Source: Thecamonas trahens ATCC 50062 (taxonomy: Eukaryota; Protista; Apusomonadida). Taken from it: a DNA stretch of 64,000 bases. Numbering within the stretch: the stretch's first letter is position 1; the number at the start of each line of letters is the position of its first letter. A program made the translations under genes and the position numbers. The notes under the pieces are model-generated. The model had not been told where the DNA came from. It ran no database searches and worked only from the letters and a program-made list of their open reading frames with translations. The DNA lies in contig NW_013657669.1 of the NCBI RefSeq assembly GCF_000142905.1, positions 507,037 to 571,036 of the forward strand, read 5' to 3'. Positions 43,001 through 55,070 of this stretch are shown piece after piece.

Positions 43001-44379
43001 GGCGCGGCATGTGTTGGCGGCGATGCCGCGGGCACTCGTGGAGCAGGTATTTGTGGCAGCACTTGCTGACGACGACGATCTCCTGGCTCCACTCGAGTAT
43101 GCGGCGAGGTCAGGAAGCGTGGCTGCGGTTCGATTTGTCCTCCGGCATCCGGTGCTGGGCAAGGTCCGGCGTGACGTTGCGGGCAAGTGGATTCCGTACC
43201 GAGCCAAGGGCGCGCTGCACATTGTGGAGCTTCTTAACAACGGCTACTTGCTGCAGGCGCAACCGGGGCACCCAAGCCCGTGCGCCGCGGAATGTGCGCG
43301 GGGCCTGCTCGCGGAGCAAGCCGTGCGATGCGTGCTGTGGCGAGCGGGACAGTGGGCGGAGTTGACGGGACACTGCTGGTGTTCCGAGCGGCCGGCGCCA
43401 TGGCTGTGTCAGCATTGGCTAGCAGCGGGGACCGGTGCAAGCGACGGCATCGATGTACGCTCAGCAGCACTGGGCTGCGAGTGGCGTGACGCTGTTGGCT
43501 GCGCTTGCCATGCTGTGCACGATAGTTGCTGGCGTGTTGTGGCCGAGCTGTGCGTCGCTGATTGGCGGCGGAGTGATGGTAGTTGCAGGAGCATGGGTGG
43601 GCGTGCTGGCACGCGGCGCGCGATACCTGCTAGGCACGGCGACGCGGACGACATCCAAGTACCGGGCGCTGGACGCAGTGTTGTTTGGATGCGTCGCGGT
43701 GGTGATGGCGTGCAGCGGGCTTGAGATCGGCGAGTTTGGGATGGATGTCGTTGACGGACTGTTGGGCTTTTCGACCCATGATGGCTACAGGTTCAGCTTT
43801 TGGCTGGCTGTCATTGGAGCTGGCGCGGTGTTTGTGACGGTCTCGCGGCAGATGCGGGCAGTGGCGAGCTTGACAACGCGGTGGCAGTCGCCGTCTGCTT
43901 CTGGCGCGGTGCGACGGTCGCTGTCAGGACTTGCGGCGCTTGGAACATCGCAGACGGTGTGGCTCTGGCTCCTAGCTCACATCTGCTTTGCGCTCCGCAG
44001 CGATGCGATCGACAACACGTGGCAGATCCGCGAGCGAGTGGCCGGCGGGCTGATTGTGGGCGCACCGCTGGCATGGGCATGGGCAGGCATTGCGGTCCGC
44101 AACGAGCCGCTTGGCGCGATGGCGCGACTGACGTCGATCCTCCGCTGGACTCTTTACGTTGTGCTTGTGTGTGGATGGGCGCAGCTTGCCGGTCGGTCGG
44201 AGAGAAGCCGCCGGCTCGGGCTCGGCATCGTGGCCGCGGTTGTAGGGATGCTCGATGTTGGGGTGGTCACTCTCGCGCCGCGTGTAGGTGGCGCTGAAGC
44301 TGTGATAGGACTTGCTGCTGGCGTTGCTGTGGCGGTGGTGGGCGGAGTCGGTATTGTCGCAGCTGTTGTATGGGCGTAA
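40080..44379 (+). CDS. LRR plus ankyrin-like plus multi-TM protein; probable frameshift near 43425-43435 joins ORFs 40080-43724 and 43435-44379
   Basis: LRRs (LTSLDLSGNAL, LTVLNLADNIL) and ankyrin-like repeats (TPLDVALAAGD, APLEYAARSGS). An overlapping downstream frame carries about 8 hydrophobic helices. Confidence 0.6.
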
Positions 44380-44646
44380 ATCGTGTGTGCCGGCAGCGGC
44401 AGGCGGCAGGCGGCAGGCGGCGGACGAGTGACGGCGGCGAGTGCGACACGCGACTTTGTGGGTAACAGCGCGGGGGAGTAGGACGGAGACAGGGATCAGG
44501 ACAGGTCATAGAGAGCAGGCTAAGCGTCAGTAACTGCCCGTGGAGAGTGACGGTGGCCGTGTGCTGGTCAACGAGGCGTAGGGCAGAAGAACCCGCGCGT
44601 GGCGAGCTTGACAGACGGGCCGAGGCGAGGGCGACACGGCATAGGC

Positions 44647-45260
44647 ATGTCGTTCTTCAAGTCGCTTCCGAGTGCGGGTGCGTTTACCGAAGTGGAGGTG
44701 GGGGCGGCTGGCGGCGGAGGCGGAGGCGGCGGCAGTGGGTATGTGGCGCCGCAGGAGCCGCAGCTGCGGCGGGCGCTGCCGAGCGGCGACCAGCGTCCGC
44801 CGGCGGGACAGTCGATCGGGACAGACTCGACACACATTCTGATTCGGGCACTTTCCGAGGCCAAGGCGAAGCGCAAGTCGCAAGTGCCCGGGGCATCGAC
44901 GTCGACGTCGACGTCAGCGTCTGCAGCGGCGTCTGCGTCCGCGGCGTCGCGGAAGCGCAAGTCGTCTGTGAGCCACGGCGCGTCGCCGAGCAAGCGGGCG
45001 AAGAGCTTGGCGGCTGCGGCAGTGTCGACGGCGACATCGACGACGGCATCGGCGGCATCGACGGCATCGACGGCATCGACAGCATCAGTGGCGACAGGAG
45101 CCAGGTCCAGCTCGGGCTTGTTCGACATGGGCCGGGTGGTGCGGATGAAGTTGCCGGAGCTTCGTGAGCTCTGCCAGCAGTTTGGCTCTCGACGCGAGGA
45201 TCCAAGACTTCGCTGGTGGACCGGCTGCGGTTGTTCAACAGCCAGCATGCGTCGGGCTGA
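44647..45260 (+). CDS. DDA1: DDA1 (DET1/DDB1-associated 1) with a C-terminal SAP domain; single-base deletion near 45186
   Basis: MSFFKSLP...YV...PPAGQSIGTDSTHILIRAL..KRK matches DDA1. Adding one C gives MKLPELRELCQQFGLSTRGSKTSLVDRL, a SAP consensus, ending at TGA 45260. Confidence 0.75.
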
Positions 45261-45815
45261 TTGTAGCACCATGGCGAGTGAGTCTGGTCGCTCCGGAGCT
45301 GAAGCCAACTGTGGGTCGGGGGGTGGGCAGCGAGGCAGGGAGCTTAGGGACCCATGAAGACACGAGACAGAAGTGATGGTACACGGGAGCGGCAGCGTGA
45401 GAGTGTGAAAGAAAGCAGTGCCATCAGCGGCGGAGTTTGGTAGTGTGTTAGGGCTCGGGGCGTGGTGAGAGGCAGTCCACGTGAATTGAGATGACGATTT
45501 TTTTGGTTACCAACCGTCCGCCCGGTGGAGCGGGGCTTGTGGAGGAGGTGGAGGGCTTGGTACGCGAGGCAGGGAGAGGGGCACTTGTCACCGACGCACC
45601 GACTCAGCGACACACACGTCTCATACGAGCAAGTAGGCAGGAATGGATGCTGGGCGCGAAAAGGCACGCGTCGGAAGCGGCCGGCTCGCAAGGCTCGGAC
45701 TCAGGAACGGAGCGACGTCCAGCAGGTTTTGGTGAATTCTGAGGGAGGAGCTAAAGCGAGCGGGAAGAGCGGCGGGAAGAGCGGCGGGAAGAGCGGCGGG
45801 AAGAGCGGGACGGCC

Positions 45816-47085
45816 ATGCCAAGGCTTGCTGCGTTGCAGGATGGCAAGCGGACACGTGCGAGGCGGCTGTCCAAGGCTCTGGTGCTCAACCGGGTTATGG
45901 ACGTCAAGACGCCGCTGGTGGAAGGCAAGGCCAAGGCCAAGGTAGTGGGAGGAAAGGGCAAGGGCGATGTACTGTACCTTGTTCTCAGCCCAGTGGAGAT
46001 CCGGGGCGCGGCCGCCAAGAACAAGCCGTCGCGGTTCCGGTTCGATGTGGCCGACGTGGTAGAGGCTGTGCTCGACGGCGACGTGGTCCGTGTGATGGTG
46101 CGGAGCGAGACAGCGACGTTTGCGCCAGGAGCACCCGTGGTGGAGGGCGATGCGACGCCGCCGACCGAGGCGTTGGCGATCATGGCGTGCAGTGGCGGCC
46201 CGCCGATTTCTGTCTGGCACGACGCGCTGGAGCAGGCGATCCGGTTTGCGGCCGCGGTTGCTGCCGAGCCGAGCATTGCGGTGCGGATGCGCAAGATGGG
46301 TGGGCACGAGTTTGTCATTGCGCGTGCGATCGGGGTGGGGACTGGTACCGACTTTGCCGGGCCGTTTAAGACTGCGGCGCTTGTGGAGGCGACGTCGCGC
46401 GAGTTGCGGGTGTTTGACAAGGTGGGTAAGCCTGCGCGGGTTGTGGTGCCGTGGGGCGAGGCGTTTGGGCGGTGCCAGGACCTGTCGGACCCGTTTGTGG
46501 TTGTGGTTGTGGGCACCGGCGACGGCGACGATGGCGGCGAGCCGCTTGTGGCGCTTCGATTTGAGAATGCTGGGGCTGCCGGGCGATGGAAAGACATTGT
46601 GGCTGGTGCGGTGAGCGCGGTCCGCGAGGCGGGCGAAGTTGTGGTCAAGGAGACCGAGGTGCTGAAGGAGGGCATTCTGAAGAAGGGCACCGAGTCCGGC
46701 AAGTGGGTGACGCGGTACTTTGAGCTGACGCCGGAGCGGCTCGACTACGCCGGCAAGAAGGGCAAGCCGCTGAAGGGCTCTGTGGAGCTGATGGACGTGC
46801 TTAATGTCAACCTTGAAGAGCCCAAGTCGAAGCACACAACCCAGAGCGGCAAGACACTTAAGTTCCCGACGCCCGGGTTCTCGATTGCGACGCGATATCG
46901 GACGTTCTACTTTTCGTCGCGGATGATGGGCGACTGCCAGGCGTGGGTCCAGGCCATCCGCGATGCAGTGGCGGCGCTTGTGGCGCGCGAGAAGGAGGCG
47001 CTCATGGCTGTCTTGCGCGAGGAAGCCGAGGTGACAGCGGCGCTCGAGGCCGGGCCCGGCGAGTCCGAGGGCGAGAGTACGCGCA

Positions 47086-47118
<33 letters not shown>

Positions 47119-48103
47119 GCGACGACGATATTGGTTCTGGCGGAGAGGGCGAGATTGAGGACGCGGCTGGGCCTGGGCCTGAAGTTGCGGTGGGGGTGAG
47201 GGTGAGGTTGGGGCCGAGGCCGAGGCTGATGGTGTGGTTGAGGTTGAGGCTGATGGTGTGGCTGAGGCTGGGGCTGATGCTAATGCTGATGCTGATGCTG
47301 ATGCTGAGGCTGAGGTTGATGCAGAGGTCGATGCTGATGCTGATGCTGATGCTGAGGCTGAGGTTGATGCTGAGGTCGATGGTGTGGCCGAGACTTTGGC
47401 CGAGACTGAGGCCGAGGCTGAGACTGAGGCTGAGACCGAGGCCGAGACCGAGGCCGAGACTGAGACTGAGGCCGAGACTGTGGCCGAGACCGAGGCCGAG
47501 ACTGTGGCCGAGACTGAGGCCGAGACTGAGGCCGAGACCGATGTTGTGGCCGAGACTGTGGCCGAGACCGAGGCCGAGACTGTGGCTCAGACCGATGTTG
47601 TGGCCGAGACTGTGGCCGAGACCGAGGCCGAGACTGAGGCCGAGACCGAGGCTGAGACCGATGCTGCGGCCGAGACTGAGGCTGAGACCGAGGCCGAGAC
47701 CGAGGCCGAGACTGAGACTGCGGCCGAGACCGAGGCCGAGACCGAGGCCGAGACCGAGGCCGAGACCGAGGCCGAGACCGAGGCCGAGACCGAGGCCGAG
47801 ACCGAGGCCGAGACCGAGGCCGAGACCGAGGTCGAGACTGAGGCCGAGACTGTGGCCGAGACCGAGGCCGAGACCGAGGCCGAGACCGCGGCCGAGACCG
47901 AAGCTGAGACCGATGCGGCCGACACCGCGCCCGAGGCCAGCGCACAGGCTGTTGATCCCAAACCCACTCCGCTCCCGGCCCACCTTCAGGCGTCTTTCGA
48001 TTGGACCGCACCGGCAACGCCCGAGCCCACGGCACCCATCGCCGCTGTCTCGACTGCACTCGACGACTTTGACTTTGGCGCCGTCGAGTTTGACGACGAG
48101 TGA
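45816..48103 (+). CDS. PH-domain protein with a long acidic (AETE)n tail; frameshift near 47190
   Basis: PH domain KEGILKKG...WVTRYFEL...LKGSVEL...RTFYF...CQAWVQAI. The coding frame shifts to ORF 47234-48103 after GTTGCGGTGGGGG. Confidence 0.75.
47375..47915 (+). repeat. 12-bp coding minisatellite (GCCGAGACYGAG)n encoding AETE
   Basis: Direct observation. Confidence 0.95.
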
Positions 48104-48276
48104 TACAAGCTGCTGCGCCCTCCGAATCCGACTCCCCATACCTTCCTCATCAAAGAAGCAACCATGTGTATCATCTTCCCGGCTAGGCAACCAGTGTGTC
48201 AGTCCACGCGAGCCCACGTGGCACCGCCACCACTCGCGCTCGCGCCTGCCGGCCAACACTCGACGCCAGCGCGCAC

Positions 48277-49098
48277 ATGCTGCCGAGCGAGCTCTGGGAA
48301 GATGTCCTGACCAGGTGGCCATACTCAGAGAGAATGTTCTTTGTTGTCGGCTTTATGACTGTCCACGAGCTTGTGTTTGTCGGGCTCTCGGGCGCCATTG
48401 CAGCGGTAGGCGCCGCAGGCCTCCTCGAACGGTACCGCATCCAGCAGCGGACACCGTCACGATCGCTGGTGGTAGCATGCATCAAGAGCTTGCTGGTGGG
48501 GCATCTGATTGTCCAGCCTCTCCAGCTGTTCCTCCTCTACCCGGTGTTTGTGGCCCTCGGCATGTCGGCCGATCCGGCGGACATGCCCTCGGCGGCCGTG
48601 GCCATCGCCCAGCTCCTCGCCTGCTTTGTCATCAACGAGACCGGGTTCTACTGGTCACATCGGTGGCTCCATTCCGAGTGGCTCTTCAAGACCGTTCATG
48701 CACGACACCACAAGTTCGGCTCGACCATCGGCATCGCCGCCGAGTACGCCCATCCGTTTGAACAGCTCGTTTCCAACGGCTTGCCGACCATCGGCGGCCC
48801 GCTGCTCCTTGGCACTCACATGTCCATCACATTTCTCTGGCTCGCTATTCGCATCTATCTCACCGTCGACAACCACTGCGGCTTCGCCCTACCCTGGTCG
48901 CCTGCGCACTGGGGCGGCGCGGCCAAGGTCAACCCGTTTGCCTCGCACCCGCTCGCCCACAACTTTCACCACTCGCACAACTCTGGCTGCTACGGCGGCA
49001 ACTCGTTCTTCTGGGACTGGATCATGGGCACCGACGCTGACTTTAACCACCATCTCGCCGCCATCAACAGCGCGGAAAAGTCGGCCAAGGCCGAGTAG
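48277..49098 (+). CDS. Fatty-acid hydroxylase superfamily, C-4 methylsterol oxidase (ERG25/SMO)-like
   Basis: His boxes FYWSHRWLH, HARHH and HNFHH, plus AEYAHPFE, NHCG and WDWIMGTD. Confidence 0.88.
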   Translation: MLPSELWEDVLTRWPYSERMFFVVGFMTVHELVFVGLSGAIAAVGAAGLLERYRIQQRTPSRSLVVACIKSLLVGHLIVQPLQLFLLYPVFVALGMSADPADMPSAAVAIAQLLACFVINETGFYWSHRWLHSEWLFKTVHARHHKFGSTIGIAAEYAHPFEQLVSNGLPTIGGPLLLGTHMSITFLWLAIRIYLTVDNHCGFALPWSPAHWGGAAKVNPFASHPLAHNFHHSHNSGCYGGNSFFWDWIMGTDADFNHHLAAINSAEKSAKAE

Positions 49099-49837
49099 TA
49101 GCGCACGGCATCCGAGCCGCTGGCTTGCCGCCACCGTCAGGCGTCATCCGCCCGCGATCCGCCAGCCACGTCTCCTTCCTCATCGCCACCAGCCACGGTT
49201 GGCTTTCCCGGCGGCACAACACCGTAGCCAAACTCTGTGATCTCCTTGCAGTGGACGCAGTAGTCGACAGCAAACGATGCGTTGGACGAGCCCGGGTTGC
49301 CCTCATTCCCGCACCGCACACACCGCCGCTTGTCGTCTCCGTCCCCCAGCCTCTTGCAGGCAAGTCTCTTTTCCATTGCTGACATGCTGCGCGCCCGTAG
49401 TTGATGCGCACGAGAGAGATGGGCCGGGCTTGGGGGCTATTGGCGTGCCTATGCGATCATGGCGAGTGGGCAAGCATCACACGAGCAGGAAAATATGCAT
49501 CAATAGCTGTTGAGGCCACCCGTCGATGCGACCGGCATGTGACGTGGGTGTCGCTGCCTGGGGGGCGGGGTCCGAGGCGGGGGCAGGGATGGGATCGGGA
49601 CCAGGGGCGACTCGCGCAGCGATCGGGTCGCTAGCGCGAGGTGCCAAGGTGCTGAGCGGCTCGCTGCACCCATCGTCATGAAATGGCTTGATGTAAAGAC
49701 ATAGCGTACGCGGGCAACAATTGCTGTGGCCGAATCAGTGGGTACAGATGGTGATGGAGTGGCGTGTTGGGCTCTCGGGACGGGAGCGAGTGGGGCGGCG
49801 CAACTCGTCTCTGCGTACCCAAGCGGCCACCGACACC

Positions 49838-52800
49838 ATGTCCGAGGCCACATACATGGAGGAGGCTCACGAGCTGGAGGCATTGCTCAACCCTCCGCTT
49901 TCCGCCACTACGGCTCCTGGCGAGCTTGTCCGCATCCAGCGGAGGTTCCAGACTGTGGTACGTGTTCCCTTTGGCTGTGCACCCCTCGACATGGTGGTGT
50001 GGTGGAGGTGAAGGTTTTGGGCGGGAACCTTCCCGCGCGTTTCCCACGTCCCCCCCCCCCCCCCCCACGCACGGACTTTGAATGACGAGCCACTGGAGAC
50101 TTGCTCCGAGGTGGAGATGTCCATCGCTTTTGCGACGTTGAACGCCGACTAATATGGCGCGCTAGATCTCGAAGAAGTCCATTTTTTGTGCCGACGACCT
50201 CAGAAGGTGAGAAGTGAAAACTGGACCTGAAAACCGGCCCTTGACATCAAGCCAATTAAGAATATTATACCGTCCGGACGTTGTGGAGCTGACGAAAATG
50301 AATATTGACAGTATGACCGCCATGCTCTGCATCTATCGCGCGACCATCCATCTTCCACCGGATCTCGGAGAGCGAGGGCNNNNNNNNNNNNNNNNNNNNN
50401 NNNNNNNNNNNNNNNNNNNNNNNNNNNNNNNNNNNNNNNNNNNNNNNNNNNNNNNNNNNNNNNNNNNNNNNNNNNNNNNTCTCCCCTCTGGGCATAGCCA
50501 GACAGAGACTCATGCAGAACAAGGAGGTTGGTACTGTGGCGGGTATGTAGCTGGACAAGTACCTGGAGCAGCCGCAGCTACTAGACCCGCATCTTGGATC
50601 GCTGCTGCCGCCGCTGTTTGTGAGTCTGGAGGAGGCACTTGCTGGCGCGGGGCGCAATGATGGTGCGGCCCTGGCCGACGCTGAGCACGTCCAAGCCGCG
50701 CTGTTCATCATTTACTGCTTTGCCAAGGTTCGTGGCGTGGCAACTGTTGCCCGATTCTTCCCGCACGCGCCCAAGGACGTCGAGCCTGTCCTTGCGCTCC
50801 TGCATGGCCTCGACCCGACGGATCCGGATCGATGGGCAGCGCGGTATGTGTGCCTCCTCTGGGCGTCGATTGTCATCATGGTCCCGTTTGGCCTTGAGTC
50901 GATTGACTCGCACGGCTCGCTTGTGGATGACTTGCTGGCACTGGCCAAGACGTACCTGGCCGATGCGTCGCGGGCGTCCGAGGCCGCGGCTCTGCTGGTA
51001 GCGGCGATGCTTGCCCGGCGCGACCTCGTCACCAACTATCTCGCTGCATTTGTAGGATGGGCAATGAGCAAATTGCAGAGCGCAGACGGACATGGCCAGA
51101 GCGTGCCAGGCGTGCTCCTGGCGCTGATCGAGACGTTTAAGCGCGGCGCGCGCGCGGATCTGCTCCCGCTGGTGGGCCAGGTTCTCCCGCTGGCTCTGAG
51201 CATTGCTAGCAGCGCATCATCGATGCTTGTGCGCGACCGCTCGGTCCGGCTGGTTGAGCGGCTTGGCCTCACATACCTCAAGCCCACAGTGCCGGCTTGG
51301 CGGTACCAGCGGGGAGGGCGCGCGGCGGTGGCGGCCGCGCTTGCCGGCAAAGCCGCTCGCGCCGAGAGCCCGTCGGCGGCGGCAGCGGCGGGAGACATCG
51401 GCACCAATTCGTACTCAGACTCTGAGTATGAGAGCGACGATGACGACGAAGTTGACGAGAACATCGACCCGATTGTTCACGTGCTGTTGCAGGGGCTCTC
51501 GGCGCGCGAGAACAACGTGCGGTGGAGCGCAGCGGCGGGGCTTGGGCGGATCTGTGAGCGTCTTCCATCCGAGTTTGCGGCCGAGGTTGTGGACAACATT
51601 GTGGGCCTCCTCTCACCGGTCCAGCCCGAGACGGCGTGGCATGGCGCGTGCCTTGCGCTGGCCGAGCTTGCGCGGCGCGGCCTTCTGCTGCCGGGCCACT
51701 TGAGCGTGGTGGTGAAGCGTGTGCTCGAGGCACTGGCGTACGACGTCATGATCGGGACTCGTGCGGTTGGAGCCAACATTCGCGACGCGGCGTGCTACGT
51801 GTGCTGGGCGTTTGCACGGGCGTACGACGCGGCGGTGCTGCAGCCAGTCTCGCTGTCGCTGGCACAAGGCCTTGTGGTTACCGCGCTCACGGACCGCGAG
51901 GTCAACTGCCGGCGGGCAGGTGCAGCTGCGCTGCAGGAGCTGGTGGGCCGGCTCGGTGGACGGGCCATCCCGCACGGGATCGAGATCATCACGACGGTCG
52001 ACTTTTTGCGGTCGGCGGTCTCGCCGGCGCGTTTGAGCTCTCGCGGTTTGTGGCGTCGTACGCCGAGTATGCCGAGGCGGTCTTTGTGACTCTAATGAGT
52101 AAGACGAGCCACTGGGACGCGGGCATTCGCAGCTTGGCTGCCAAGGCGCTGGCCTCAATCTTTGACCTCGTCTCGGAGCAGATCCTGACGACGGCGGTAC
52201 CGCAGTGGCTGGAAGCCGCACGGGCGCGGGCGGTGAGCATCCGCCACGGTGCGCTGTTGGCGCTCGGTCACGTCCTCCATGCTGCAGCGGTGGATGGGCT
52301 CGATGGGGCGTGCGATGTCAGTGCTCTGGTTGCGCTCATTCCCGAGTACGACGCCGCACGCAAGTTCAAGGGTGTCGCCGGCGTGCTGACCCGAAAGGGC
52401 ATGCTCGAGCTCGTCTCACTGGTCTCGAGTGCAGGACTGGCTTTGAGCGATGATGACCGGGCAATTGTCCTCGAGTTTGTGCTGGCCTCGTTCCGCGCTC
52501 CCGAGGCCGTGGAGGACGCCAAGGCGGCGCTGTCGGCGTTTGGCCAAGTTCATTTGATGGCCGAAGACGGCGAGCTGAGTCTGGCACGGGTCGCCGAGCG
52601 GGTGGCGCGGTCTGCCAGGACGAATCCGGAGCCGATTGCGTCTGCGTTTGTGGGCGCGCTGGGCGCGCTGCCATATGCGAGCAGCGATGCGCGCGGCGGA
52701 GCGAACTCGCCGCTGTGGGCACCACTCGGAGTGCTGCTGGATCTGATGCAGAGCGGAGCGCCTCCGGCTCGACGCGAAGCGACCAAATCGCTGGTCACGC

Positions 52801-53981
52801 TCGTTGTCACGACCGAGTTGGTGGCAGCGGCGCTGAGCGGCGACGAGGTGGCGATTGAGTATGGGCGGCAGACAGTGAGCGCGCTTGTGGGTGCGCTCGA
52901 CGACTACACGCGGACCGAGGACGGTGACGTCGGCTCGTGGGTGCGCATGGAGGCAATGCGCGGCGTGGCGGCGGTGGCCGAGGCGGTGGCGGCCGGCGCG
53001 TCTCACGGCGCCGCGTTCCCCAACTCGGCTTGGAACGAGGCGGTGGCGGGGCGGGCTGTGGCTCGTATTGCACGGCAGGCGCTGGAGAAGATCGACCGTG
53101 TTCGCGAGCTTGCGACGGCGACGCTCTTCCGGATCGTGGCTATGGACGTGCCGTGCATGGTGTGGGCGGATGAGTTTGCGAGCGGCGTGGCACTCGCCGG
53201 CGAAGACGCCAGCTTTGGAGTGCTCGTCCCCCTCCTGCTCGGCGAGCCAACGCTTTGCCGCGAGGCGATGAGTGGGCTTGTGGTGTCTGTTGGCGATCTT
53301 GCGCAGTCTGTGGCACACGAGGCGTCGCGGGCGCTTTTGGGCATGGCTCGCGGCTCGGACAGTGCGGCTCAGCGGGTGGTTGAGCTCCTCCTCGCCACGC
53401 TTCGCGGACACTCGGGCGACTCGCGGGTTGTGGTTCCCACCCTCAAGACCCTTGACGCGCTGTTTGCGGCGGGCGTGATGGAGACACAGGCGAGTGCGGC
53501 TGGCGAGCTACTGGGCGCAGTCCAGACCGAGCTTCGCGGCTCGCGGGATGTGCACAAGCTCATGGCGGGCGCCAAGGTTCTGGGCAGCATGCTCATGTAC
53601 GGGCGCCAGGTGGCGGTCGGTGCGCTCAAGGTGCTCCTCTCATTCCTGGCACACCCGTACGCCAAGCTCCGCAAGCACACGGCCGATGAGCTGTATCTCG
53701 CCCTCAACACGTACGAGGATCACATGCCCGACGATGAGGACGAGGCCGATGACCTGCTCGACCTGCTCTCGGACTTTGCGTGGGACGGCGACCGCTCCGC
53801 CGCCGCGGCTGCCCGCGATCCGCTGTTCGAGGGTCTCGGCGTGCCCAAGCCCGCGCCGCGGAAGGTCACGGGTGGTGGAAAGGCCAAGGCCAGCAGTGGC
53901 CAAGCCGGAGCGGCGGGAGCATCAGCAGGAGCAGCGCCGACCGGCGGCTACGCCGACCTTGTGCGCAGCGCAGGAATGTAG
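49838..53981 (+). CDS. TBCD: Tubulin-specific chaperone D; exons 49838-49957 and 50551-53981, with a frameshift at 52003-52007
   Basis: LDKYLEQPQLLDPHL, KVRG, VRWSAA.GLGRI, WHGACLALAEL, IRDAACYVCWAFARAY, DREVNCRRA.AAALQE.VGR, DYT...GDVGSWVR and EKIDRVR. Confidence 0.93.
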
Positions 53982-54020
53982 TGAATAACGATTGTGTGCC
54001 GTAGACACCTGACGCTCGAC

Positions 54021-55070
54021 ATGGCAACCATAGACGGAGCAGTACAGGGACTTCGGGCGAGGGGAGGGGCAGGAGGATGTGCTGCTGGAGAGGGAACACG
54101 AGGTGGGCCACAGGCGAGCAAGTCGGCTGGCTTGCACAGTGGCGACTCAGGTGCGGCGGGCAGAGGCCAGGGCAAGCCAAGCCAGCAGCGGCGGCTGGCG
54201 CGGTTTGAGGAGGTGCCGACATGGATGCAGGACAACAAGTACATCCGCAGCGGGTACCGGGTGGACTACAGCCTTGCCGAGTGTACGTGGTCCATGGTTG
54301 AGAGACACAATGAGGTGGCCAACATTTGGAGCCATCTTGTGGGCGTGCCGGTGTTTGTGGCGCTCGTCGTCTGGGTGCTGAGCGGAAGAGCCGAGCTGGC
54401 GAGCGAGGCATGGCTGGAGCAAGCGCCGTTTCTGGTGTTTGTGTGCGGGTGCGGGGCAGCGTACACGGCATCGGTTGTCTTTCACACCTTTCTCTGCCAC
54501 TCGCACGCGGCGCTGATCATGTGCTCGCGGCTCGACTACAGCGGCATTGTGCTCATCATCATGACCTCGATCATGCCCGGCGTATACTACGGCTACCACT
54601 GCTCGCCTGGGCTGCAGCAGTTGTACACGCTCAGCAATCTTGTGTTGGGCAGCGTGACGGTGGTGGCACTGCAGTTCTCGATCCTCTATACCAAGCCATG
54701 GCGGAGGTTCCGGACCCTGTTGTTTGCCGCGTTTGCGTCGTCAGGCGTGGTGCCTGCGGTGCACGCGCTGTTTGAGCTCCCGATGGTGCCGCACGTCTCA
54801 GTGTCGCTCCTTTGGCTCGTGGTCATGTACGGCTTGCTCGGTCTCGGCGCAGTGGTGTACTTTTATCGGATCCCGGAGCGATGGTGGCCCGGCCGGTTCG
54901 ACCTTTTGGGCGCGTCGCACAACTGGTGGCATGTCTTCTCGCTCTCGTCGTCGTTTGTTCACGCGTACAACGTGTACCACATGTACTTGGCACGGACCAC
55001 ACTTCCGTGCGAAGAAGCGCGGGCGTTGCCGTCGATGGCGCAGGTGGCGTGGAGTAAGATGATGGGATGA
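54021..55070 (+). CDS. PAQR / adiponectin receptor-like (haemolysin III family) 7-TM protein
   Basis: PTWMQDNKYIRSGYR, HNEVANIWSHL, SVVFHTFLCHS, RLDYSGI and IPERWWPGRFDLLGASHNWWH. Confidence 0.93.
   Translation: MATIDGAVQGLRARGGAGGCAAGEGTRGGPQASKSAGLHSGDSGAAGRGQGKPSQQRRLARFEEVPTWMQDNKYIRSGYRVDYSLAECTWSMVERHNEVANIWSHLVGVPVFVALVVWVLSGRAELASEAWLEQAPFLVFVCGCGAAYTASVVFHTFLCHSHAALIMCSRLDYSGIVLIIMTSIMPGVYYGYHCSPGLQQLYTLSNLVLGSVTVVALQFSILYTKPWRRFRTLLFAAFASSGVVPAVHALFELPMVPHVSVSLLWLVVMYGLLGLGAVVYFYRIPERWWPGRFDLLGASHNWWHVFSLSSSFVHAYNVYHMYLARTTLPCEEARALPSMAQVAWSKMMG

Noticed and set aside
47190-48761. Long (RP)n / (LM)n extension of ORF 45525-48761 and antisense (LG)n ORFs
   Set aside because: These are out-of-frame readings of the AETE minisatellite after a frameshift. 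The acidic frame continues the preceding D/E-rich sequence.
944-53411. Numerous long antisense or overlapping ORFs (e.g. 944-1822, 20631-22208, 28956-29894, 38357-39559)
   Set aside because: They are shadow ORFs expected in high-GC coding DNA and contain no motifs.
48277-55070. Sterol oxidase and PAQR as a functional lipid cluster
   Set aside because: They are separated by TBCD, and neighbouring genes are functionally unrelated throughout the window.
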